From the NCBI GenBank assembly GCA_030141605.1, contig JAQGDQ010000130.1, positions 329,974-393,973 on the forward strand: a stretch of 64,000 nucleotides of DNA, read 5' to 3'. Below, one piece after another: positions 43,003 to 54,500 of the stretch (position 1 is its first letter; each line of letters opens with the position of its first letter). The notes under the pieces were generated by a model. That model saw only the letters and a list, made by a program, of their open reading frames with translations, was not told the DNA's origin and searched no databases. The stretch comes from Tubiluchus corallicola (Eukaryota; Animalia; Priapulida). The position numbers and the translations under genes were made by a program.

Positions 43003-43361
43003 ATTGTAAAACTTGTTTCTTTTGATTTTTTATCACTTTGTTGTTAGTGGTATTAAATTTGAAGAACCACCATTTTTCGTTGCACAAGATGAATGACGTT
43101 GGAAGTACAGTCACGAGGTCACCAAAGCGGTAAACAAATGTTGGCAACCAAAGACGCTTTACTATATAAATCATTCTCGTTCACTCACGCCAAAGACGCG
43201 AAACATGGCAATCTTTGCAGCAATGCACGTGTTTGAAATTCATCAGAAGGCAAGTTATTTAATTTACAAGTCTCCTGTTTAATAATAACTATGAATTTTT
43301 AGTGTAATCATAATAATGTGCTAAAAAAACTTCAATGTCTGTCGGGGTTATATAGGCCTTT
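43003..43361 (-). mobile_element. Dispersed repeat, copy 2 (between the HADHB and protein 4.1 3' ends); probable DNA-transposon end
   Basis: Reverse-complement match to 29619-29990, terminating in GGCCTTTAA. Confidence 0.8.
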
Positions 43362-45321
43362 AATAATGTGACTGCATGAAAAACACCAGAATAAGCACAG
43401 CTCAAACTCAATTCCGTAATATTTCTAAAATAATTTTTATTATATAATAATAATTATACCGAACAGCAAGGACATCATTTAAAACAATGCGTAAACGATT
43501 AAAGCAGATTTAAAATCAAGTCAATGCACAATTAGTGTTAAAACAATATTTAGTACGAAAACATAACACGACCCCTGAAGATTTTACAGTATATAATAAA
43601 ACTGGTAGTCTTAAAATGTATACTTCTAGGCTTACTAGTCATATCTATCACGTTATGAACCATTACAGTTGTGAAAGCAAATTTAGAATAAGCAAATTGT
43701 TAATGATCAAAGCTAAGAAATTTACAGCTTTTAAAAGATGTCTTCCCGAATAAAAAAACAAGATCACACAAAACTGAAAAGTTAAATTCTGCAGAAAGTT
43801 CGCACGCTTCTACAGATAAAAATTCAGGCACGAAAACGTGCTAATAAAACTAAGTGATTCAATACTGATTTTCCACTTGTTCTACAATGACTACTACGTA
43901 GGTCGTACAGTTTGGTAACGTACACTGTACAAACTTCAACAACTGTATGAACAAATAATTGTAGACTAATGCTCTGTGCTATAAAATCATTTAGACTAAC
44001 ATTTTGCACTAAAATATTGTTATTACTAAAACAAAATAATTGCCGCCACAATAGCAGACGTGCGATGTAGAAAATCATCAAAACATTCTGTATATTATAC
44101 TAAACAAATATTTTTTAAAAACTAAACAAAAATATTATTTTCTTCCTATACATATCAAATGACACTCGGAGAATTAAACAATCTTAGGATTTTAACTAAC
44201 TTACACAAATTACAAGTACTTTTACTGTAATAAGTCAATTACATTTAATGCAGGGTTCTGCTTGCTGTCATTAGAAGGAAGTACATGCTACACAAGAACT
44301 ATAAATAATGCCATTGATAGCCAAAGAAGACTGTTAGTATTAGTGCAATTGAATTATAAATATTAAAGATTAAAAAGTACGTTATCTGTGCTGTACAAAT
44401 TGTTTTACACTCTACATCTAACCACAACCCATGACATCTGAACACATCGTGCACACAAAGCTTCTAAAAATGGTGAACCAAAAACAAAAATGAAAAGCAT
44501 TAAATGTAAGAAATACGCACCCAAACTAACGAGTGCGTGGTTTCAGTTGTTTGCTTTCGGTTCACGGAAAAACTTTTGTACAGTATTGTTGGTGTCTGTT
44601 CAGCAATGATAGAAATCACAACACAGTACAGTATAAACAGAACGATGACGAACACAACTTGGTCCACAAATGTTAAAGTGATATCATAAAAACAGGCCCA
44701 ACTTTTTTGATTTGCGTATTTCTTCAGATATTAAAATTGCTGCCAGCAAAGCAGCAGAAACCGTGCATGGGGGAAAAAGCTACTTACGAGTCAGTATTTA
44801 ATACTGCTTAATGAGATGCCACAACTGCCATTTTTGTCAAGGTATCCATAGAAACAAAGCCATCACAGTCTCACAGATTAAGAAGTCAAAATGTTGCTTG
44901 TACAAGTGAATGCAGAAAATGTAGATGATGCAGTTACAAGAGACAAGTTTCTTCACTTCCTCAGCAGGCAGATGAATAATTCCATATCAATGTCTACAAA
45001 ATTGTAAACGAAATTGTTGGTATGTAAAAACATAATTTCAATATTACATCAGAACATCTTAAAAAGCATCTTTCATAAGCACATCAGTTTTCTTAAACAT
45101 AACCAACAGCATTCTATCCATAAATGTGTAATTGGTAAAAATTTAAAATTTTAATATAGAGGTCCATCGAAACAGTTTAAAAACGTCCACTATTTTAAGA
45201 AATTTTATGTTCTTGTACACTAATAGCAAAAAAGTCTACATTTTTAATATCTGCAAAAAAGTAAAAAGTTTTCAAACATGAAAAAATTACTTAGCAGTTT
45301 CACAGAGGTTGTCCAAGTTTT

Positions 45322-45396
45322 TCAACAGTCATTAGCTGTTTTAAATTCGCATCAGTATCAACAGTCATTAGCTGTTTTAAATTCGCATCAGTATCA
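45322..45396. repeat. Perfect 36-bp tandem duplication
   Basis: TCAACAGTCATTAGCTGTTTTAAATTCGCATCAGTA occurs twice consecutively. Confidence 0.9.
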
Positions 45397-45561
45397 TTCT
45401 ACTTTTTGAACTTTAATTAATGTTTGTAACAACCATAAATACTCCATTTTCGTCAACATCAATTATGCTTTTTTATACTATCATTCTAAGCCAATGCTGT
45501 CTAGGAGCTTCAAAAACTGCAGTAAACAACAAGGGTATGTTAAATTTACCGTGTGACGTTC

Positions 45562-48500
45562 CTAAACCTCCGTATCCTTTGCGGGCTCAGACTCCTGCTT
45601 GATTTCAATCTTCTGGACCGTCATGTCTGGATTCATCTCTGTGGCTTCACGAATGGCTTCGGCAAGTGCCTAAAAACATTTCCAGCCAAGCATGAAGCAA
45701 TGTAAGTGGAAAAAATGCAAAATATCATGATGTCATCATTAGGAAAATAAATTCCTTGTATACTTATCCAAAAACTAAAATGACAATTTGACAATTTGTG
45801 TTCAGACTGCAAAATGGACTGAGAAATGCTAATAAAAATTTGGCAAGGTGCTTTCTTTATCTGCTGCTGTTTCTGACAGTATCTGACTTTTCTCGCATAG
45901 TAGCTAAACCAACCGAGTGTGATGTGTATACTAGCCACAAGGACAAGTGCCTGAGCACTTAAACGGCAATCTCTGACTGGACCCAGTGCAAAAACTTGCA
46001 GTTCAAAATGTTGAAGACCTTTGACTAACTGCCACTTACGTATCCAAGGTAACTATGTAAAGATGTCTCTTTTGTCATGGTGTGGCTTTCATTCTAGTTA
46101 AATCACAATAGAGTTGTATAGTATTCTAAACTTTTACGAAAAATGGATTCTGTGTCAATGGTAAACGGTGCTCTAAATAACATCAAGGCAGTTAGGCAGA
46201 AAAAACTCTATAAGCGAGTAAGCCAGTGCTTCGCAAACCTAGTTATCATTTTTGTTGCTATAAAAATGAACTGTGTGCTAGACGAATGACTTACTTTCAA
46301 AAACACATGTATAATTGATGTGAAACAAAGCAAAGAAAAATTGCCAGTTACAACCTAGCATATTAGACAAACTAAGTACCTCATCGTGGTCGATTGGTGT
46401 TCCGCTGTCATTAGATATAGTAATGCGCTGCTCTACTCTCGTTTCTACCACGCCATCTTTCTCTGTTTTGTACTATGGAATACAAAACTGGTAATCAAAG
46501 GATGTAACAATGACAAGTTACATTATTCGCTAACAACTTAAACAATTACAATATCCCATTTAACATTACCTTTAATTGCCAGATAAATGCGAACCTAAGT
46601 GTAATTAATGGTCATTACTTCAGCCCTAAGTTTTACATTACAAGATTTTTTAAAATGACACAAAATAGTGACTACCCTACCAGAATAAGTCAAAATCAAA
46701 TAATATGACATTAAGAGTGTCAACAGGAAAATGTATATTTCAGAGGGTCAAAACAACATAAAAATCCTGTTTTCTCAGCGTAAGGCAGATGCAGTCGTTA
46801 AGTTAGTATTCAGTGCTGTTAGGCTACCACAATCACCTTAACCAACTGTTTGTTTCATAAAAGCAAGATATAGTTAGTAATTAATACTAATTATTAGCTA
46901 GTGATTTATGTCGTGAAAGCACTATGTAAATATGTCAGAAAACATGTGCTGCCAATAACACGTCTGATCAAATCTAGTAAATATAATGTGTCCAAGCGTC
47001 CATCCTTTGACAATTAAAATAGAAAACTGCTAAAGCAATATGTCTTCTTGTTAGTAGCGGGAAAATAAATAATATCAAATCAATGCAAACAAAATAATGT
47101 TAGGAATACTTTGAGCAAAACACTTATACCTTGTACTGAAAGATAAGACACATAAGACACATCAATGTCTAAAAAGTGGAAAAAATAAAACAAAACAAAC
47201 AAACAAACAAACAAAACAAAAAAAGAAACCTGTAAATAAAGGAAAAGGTTAGCAATTAGTGCTCTCTCATGCAGGAACATGCTTTGAAATCATCTCACTT
47301 ACTGTTACTGTCTCAACGGTTTTACTACGCGAGGAGACAGTTTGAGAGCCGACGAGTTCCACGATGTTCTCTTCCATATCCGGTGCGTCACCAGTCTCAT
47401 AACGCACCGTGCGAGTCTGCGTCTGCACTGTAGGCACCGTGTGACTCACAGTGACTGGGTCACTGACGTCGGGGTCATATTGCCTCGTCTCAGTTGGTAC
47501 AACGGGGGGCTGCTAGTGATAAACATAACATAAAACATTTAAACTAGAGGCTGCAGGTCACGTTAGGACTTAGAAATGGAAGGATATAGCAAATGAAATG
47601 ATGGCAGTGAGTAGTAGTAGTGGGGTGATGTCAAAAGCATATATTCAGTAGTTCAGGTTTTAATATTACAGCAAAATTAGCAGAATTTTAGCTCACCATT
47701 TGCAGCATATGCACAACACTTTTTTTTGATTTTATAAAACTGCTAAAAGGACAGAACTGTAAAAATATTGCATCTAGCGAATAGATGCCAATGACATGTT
47801 GAAAGAGTAAGGATTACAATGCTTGGAGTAGTAGGCTACTACTAACAGACAACACAAAAAATAGAGAGAAGTATGAATTATATGATTGCGTAAACACAAA
47901 GCAAGATTTCACACAGCAGCACAGTATTACTAGTAACATAAGGCACAAAATAGACAACACACTATTATAATTACTAAAGCAGAAAACTCCTATAATTTCA
48001 ATATAAGGTCTTCGAGTCAATCAGCAACAATCGATGAAAAATGAAAACCTGTTACACTAAAACAGCGGCCATTACTAATTCGAGCTAACCTTGATGATTT
48101 TAAAAAGTCTTAATATCACGGTAAAAATATCAACTTAATGTATGATGTGAACAAAATGTATCTATATTTAAAACACACAAACTCATTTGAAATGAAATAG
48201 TCTCAAAAATGTACATGCTGAACTGTTGATTTTACATCCACGAGCTAGATGTTACTTAAACCAGAATGACTGCAGCGAAAATCTTAAATACGAGCCTGGA
48301 GAATGTTAAAAGGAGTGCAGCAAGCAAGATGATCATGCAACATTGCAATAAATACTCAAACTTATTTATCATTAAAAACAGAAATCAAGCAGCGATATCC
48401 TAAATGGTGATGTCATTTCAGCAAACAAACGTAGGCGCACCTTCGGGTTATTTAATGTAATTAACTGCCTATCATGCAGTATGTCATACAACAACAGCAA

Positions 48501-51500
48501 CATCGTAATTGCACTGTTCAACAATCAAGCAACAAAGACTAATATTTGAATTGCAGATTTCTGACAAAAAAAGTTTACTACTACAACAGAGATGGTGTAA
48601 CACGACATGAGCTTATGTGAGTAAGACGTAGAGAGATAAACATTTTCAAGCAACTGGCTGCAGACTTAAAATAAGAGTGGCAATCTTTGAAAAGCTACGA
48701 ACCATGCTTATTTAGCCAAAAGAGAAACAGGAGGAAACAATCTTAGCATAACATGCAGAAAATAATGGGTCAACATGAATTAAGGTGGAAAACCTCCTGA
48801 AAATGCAAATGTCCGCTCAAGCAGATGAATCGGACAAAGGTACAGCGTTGCTCATGCTGCTGACTGCTGTCAAGACTCATGCACATTTTGCAACTAACGT
48901 GAAAGTAACAACCTCATCCGATTCGGGAATTCCTTCTTTCGATGTTGTCTTATATGTCTTTGTGACAACAGTGCGTTGGACATGTTGAGTTGCCGATTCC
49001 ACAGAAACCTTTGAAGAATGAACACCGGATGGTGCTGCAGTATCATCATTTTCAGTTGCCGCCTCCTCTTTCAGTTCTTCAGCTGGGGGTTGCTGCAGTC
49101 ACAGAATCAGATAAGTTCGTTTCAAAAATGTGAACAAAAGAGATAAAGCAAAGTCGTGCAAGACAGCAGAAAACCTTTCCTTAATTTTGCCAAATGTTAA
49201 ACGAAGAACACGCTGTTAATATGTGTCACGTACATGGACATTATGGACATGAACAAAAATGGACATTAAAATTATTCGGAGGAAAAGTAAACAAGAATTC
49301 AATTCGAAAACAGCAAGCTATTAAATACGTTTCAGACTCAAATTCACCATATACGGTGAGCACTAAGTTCAATTGCTGTACAAGTTTTCAGTGCAATATT
49401 GATGGGCACTTACTAATGAGACGTAGGAATACAGTGTAGTATCTGCTAAAAACGTGGACGCTAAACGATAACTTGAAGGAATTTCTGTGCCAATGTATTT
49501 TATACACTTATTATTCCTAAATTTGTAGATTTTTGTGGATTTTTAATTATTTATGTTTTCCAGCTTACATTAAATTTTACTGACAATGTGGTTTGCTTTC
49601 ATTTTCAAGTTGTAGTAATTAAGCGAGGAAAATGGTAGATCAGCTTATAAAGAGTCAACTAAATGTTCTGATACATTACACAATTAAAAGTGTATAAGGA
49701 GTTATACTACTAATGTGATAAGTTTTAGAATGAAATAGATCCGGACACAAATGCCAATTCCATCGAACTAGCAAATGCGTAGCAAACACTCAGCAGTACC
49801 GCGCCACAGGTTTTGCACTAATTACTGAGCATTTCAATTGCAGACTGTAGTTGACAGTAACACTTAATACACAAATAAATTACTCTCATATTTTTATACA
49901 AAAAATGATTCAATCATCATAACGGTGTGAGCATCCCAAAAAGATATTGTAAAATTGTATCTTGCATTCAATAAAATGCTCAGAATTAAGATCAGCTGCA
50001 TAAAGGCTTAGCAACAAAGATAAGAATAAGGATAAACATAAAAAGTATTATCCTAACAAATTGGCTATGTACTCGCCATTATGCAGCCATCGTACAAAAA
50101 AAAACCACATTTAGACAGTCAGTGAATATAGACTTGTTAATTTCTTGTTAGAGATGTTTGTTAATTTTGATCTGTAAGATTCAGGAGAGCAGTAATGCTC
50201 TTTTTGTTCAGAACAGTTCTCTTTGCAGATAGAAATTTTTTCAAGTTTTGTGAATACTTTTAAATTCATAATGAAAGCCACCAAAATGACATGGATCTTG
50301 TAAGATATGTCTAAATGTGGATCTCTTCACAGAAACAGAAAAGCCAGCAGCAGATTTAGAAGGTAGCTAAAAACAGGTAGCAGCTTGATTAAACATGCAT
50401 TTATTTATTGCCTAGTGGTACCAACACTCCCAGCAGGCGATATTGTAAAGGTTGAAAGTATATAAAGCAGTCAACATGTTAACATGCAGTAGTTCACAAG
50501 CAAACCTAATTAGTTACAGTTGGTGCGTGATTTCTAAAAAGGACAGAAGACAAATGCAAGACTGTTAGTAAAAGCCAAACTACACCAAGTATCGTTAGAA
50601 ATCAACCATGCAAGTAGATAAAAACTAGGAGTTGTAGTGCTTGGAGGCAAATGATGCAGGTGGCTGAAGGACATGCAGATCATCATGCAAGGGAAGTAAA
50701 GAATTTCAAAGATGAAATGGAAATTCACAAACAATAAAATATTAGTTCTGTTTGAAACTAATGTGCACATTTGCTTAAGAAGAGAAAGTGATTCTGCTAA
50801 AAGATGTTAGAAATCTGCTGACTTGAATAAAACTTCTGTTTCTGTGAGCAAGAAATGCAATGCCAGAAATAAAAAAAAATCAGATTTTAATTAAAAAAAA
50901 GGCAGTTAAAGTGCTATTATGAAAATGCAAGTTAAAGCAGAAGTATCTGGCACTGCAGAAATAAAAAATAGTGCAAAACCTGTGTGAGATATGCATCCCT
51001 GAGCAAGAAATCGTCAGACAGCCTCCGCTCTAATTTTTCCCCATTGAAGACAGGAGGTAAAGTATATTCCTCTCCAGACGATGAGCTGGACGATGACAAG
51101 CTTATAGAATCCAACTCGGGTTCCTCAGTTACGGAGATGACGGGCTCACGAGCATGTGACTCAAGGTTAAATGTTACACGGCGCACTGGAGATTTACCTT
51201 TTTCATTGGGTTTCACGGATGTCTCTATAATTTCACTTTTAGATTTGCCTTTTCTCATTAATAATTTACCAAATGTGTCACCCTTTCGTTTTTTAACAAC
51301 AGGTTCGTCGTCATGTAACAAGTCTTTGTTTCTGTCTGCGGTATGTTTGGGCAGTCGAAGTTTAATGCTACAGTTAGCTTTAGCACACAACTTTGTTGTT
51401 AAACTAACACTGCGTTCAACTGTTTCCAAACTAGCATCAGTGGCGCCGCTGGCACTCAAACTGATGGCATCGTTTGACTCGACCTTTTGCTTTTTCTTGT

Positions 51501-54500
51501 CTCTTTTCCTGAGACTTCCAAACACCCCTCTTTTCTTCTCACCTCCCTCCTGGCTCTCTAAACTAGCTATGCTACCTGCAATGTCACTACTAACACTAAC
51601 ACTATCATCACTTTCTATGTCGACACTCTTTTCAGGCCTAGCTTTTCGCTTGAACAATCCTTTACCTTTTTTTTTCTCTGGCTTTAATGTTGCAGATTCT
51701 TTGCTCTCTGGTAAATAATTTATGTTAACATCGTGCACACCTGTCACCAGTCCACGTTCTGTACTTGATGTGCCAGCACTGATATTTATTATATTGGATT
51801 CTGCAACTTTTTCATCCCCAACTATCACTGTACCTGCTGTGGCTGCCTCAAATTTTTCAATGAGACGCCTAACACTAACATCAGCCATATTTTCTTCAGC
51901 ATCAACAGTCTCCCGTTTACAAGTGTCCATGTTTCCTACTTCACCACTGAAACGTCTCATGAGGTCTATATTCGTTTCCTTTACATCGTTGTCATCAGCA
52001 AACTCTTCAGCATCAACAATTTCCTGTCTACTGACCTTCACACTAGTTGCATTATCAACATTCTTCATGAGACCTATATTTGTGTCCTTTACTTCAGCAT
52101 CAATTTTTTCCTCCTCTGTGGCATCCATAACTTCCCGTTTACTGATTTTCACACTACTTGGTTCATTGCTGATGCTCCACATTAGATCTAAATTTGCTTC
52201 CTTTATTTCGTCATCAACAGCAAATCTTTCATCCTCTGCAACAACACTTGTACTTTCTTCAGTAACCGTTTTTTCCTGCTTATAAACGTTCACTTCGCTC
52301 ACCTCACTGTTAGTACTCTTAACCAGTTCTAACACATTTGCTGCCTCCGTTGTTGCACCAGTAGAAACAAAATTCTCGTTCTCAATCTTTTTTGCTAACA
52401 CAGCACATTCTTTCAGCGCACTAACATCAGACGGCGCGCCACTTAATGTTTCGTCTGCAAGCGCAAGCATAAAGTTGGAATTTACACCACTAAGATTAGC
52501 AGCTTCAACTATACCAATGTCTACTTCCACTACTTCTTCACTAATAGCTTTCTCATCTTTGTTTAACATATCTGAAGTATCACTTCGTGTTTCCATTTGG
52601 TTCTCATTTGATAAGAAGTCGTTATTTTTCTTTTTGTCAGCATCACCTTCAAGAGGAAATGGGAAACTTCTTCGTTTCTGTACAGCGCCAGCAGCTGACA
52701 ATATAGCTATATACTCGTCTTCGTCTACAGGCACAAGTTCGACAAACTCTGACTGCTTGGTTTTCAACTCTGCAGTTAGAACATTAATGTCTTCGGACTC
52801 AGTTTTGTTTTTCATTAATATTTCAGAACTAACCACATCATCTGAAATTAAATGAGATTCGCCCTCTAAGCTTAACTCGCTACTCACTCTCAAATTGGCA
52901 TCATCATCGTTACTAGACCTCAGTTTCTTTTTCTTTTTGAAGCTACCAAGCAATCCACGTTTCTTTGTCTCTCCTTCCTTGCTTTCTATGCTCACCATGC
53001 TGCCAGTAACTTCACTAGTAACGCTCGCAGTTTCACCATCTGAGACAGACTTCTCTTTCTTATTTTTCTTGGAAAATAGTGACGTTCTTTTCTTCTTCTT
53101 TTCTTTTTCATCTAAACTACGTTTGCTGCCGAACATTTCATAGTTATCCATACTCACGTCAGTAATGACAGGTAAAATATAGTGCACGGAAGATGCAATT
53201 GCTTTATAAAAGTCTGCACCTTTTATTAATGTTGCCCGTTTCATGTTTCTGTCATCATCACTGGATGAAACATCATCGTGGTCTACAGATTTCTTTTTTG
53301 CTTTATTTGTTTTAGCAAATATCCCCCGCTTCGTCTTTTTACTTTTTATTGTGGTTCCAACTACAAAAAAGTCTGAAGAAGGTCTCCAAGTCTCTATGTT
53401 TACAACATTTGCATTAACATCCATAGGTCTCACAGATGCATTTTCACTACTTGCTTTTGCATCTGCATTATAACTTTGCTGAAAATCTTTCCCAGTGTAG
53501 AGAGCAGCACCTGCTTCAGTAAGCTCTACTGTCGATTCAAGATCTTCAATCTTGACTTTTTTTGTTTGTCTTTCACCTCTCTGAATGATGTCTTCTTCAG
53601 ATGAACTAGAGCTAAATGCCCTTTCTGAATCTTTTCTCCTTTTGACAGACACATCAGCTTGTTGGACAGCTTGTACTAATAACTCTGATGCTGCTGCATC
53701 TGCATTTATATCATTTACTATTGATAGTATAACTGAATCCTTCACTTCACTTTCATCACTCTCCTTACCACTTGCACTACTGCCATCTCTTTTGGACCAT
53801 TCTACTTCTTCAGTGGTTACCAATTTCTGTCTTTCACCCTCACCTGCTTTAATCATTTCTTGTTCAGCAGAAAAATCCCCCTTCTCTTTACTTTGGACAG
53901 CCAATGATGCAACATCAATGCCAGTGCTCACAGGAACCTCTTTCGTAAAGCTAGCCACAGATTTGTCTTCTTTTACAACAGCATATTTTACAACCTCATT
54001 TTCTGTTTCTGTATGCACCGGCAATATTAGGTTTTCTACTATCATGTTTTCTTTGCTTGAAGTAACGAAATCAATACTTTTCACACCCATTTTAGCATGT
54101 TCTTTATCGTTTTCGATATTAATGCTACTGCTACCGTCATACCCCAGGGACCTTCTCGGTGACAGCTTTCCTTTTTTCAATTCGGCTGAGGCTGCCACTG
54201 CATCTGTTGCACATACAGTCAAGGCAATGTCCTTTGAATCGCCATCAAAGTCAGAAACACTTTCCTTACCATCCTTCGTAAAAACATCAGCCAGTCCTAT
54301 TTCTTGTTGCTCCTGGTTTTTGTCAATGAGGTCCATTTTCAGCATACAGTCCACAAAATACTTCGATTCCATAGGTTTTGTTAAACTTACATCTATGTGG
54401 TTAGACTCCATTTCGCTTTTTACAGATTGTACATTCTTGTGCTTATCTTTTCTGTCCTTAGAGCGCCTAAATGCACCGAATAAAGTTTTATGCTGCTTCT

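Noticed and set aside
50510-50663. Acceptor-like sites downstream of the giant exon giving short alternative ends (PPASFASKHYNS*, KSRTNCN*)
   Set aside because: Only an AG plus pyrimidine tract supports them, which is common in these introns. They cannot be supported without transcripts.
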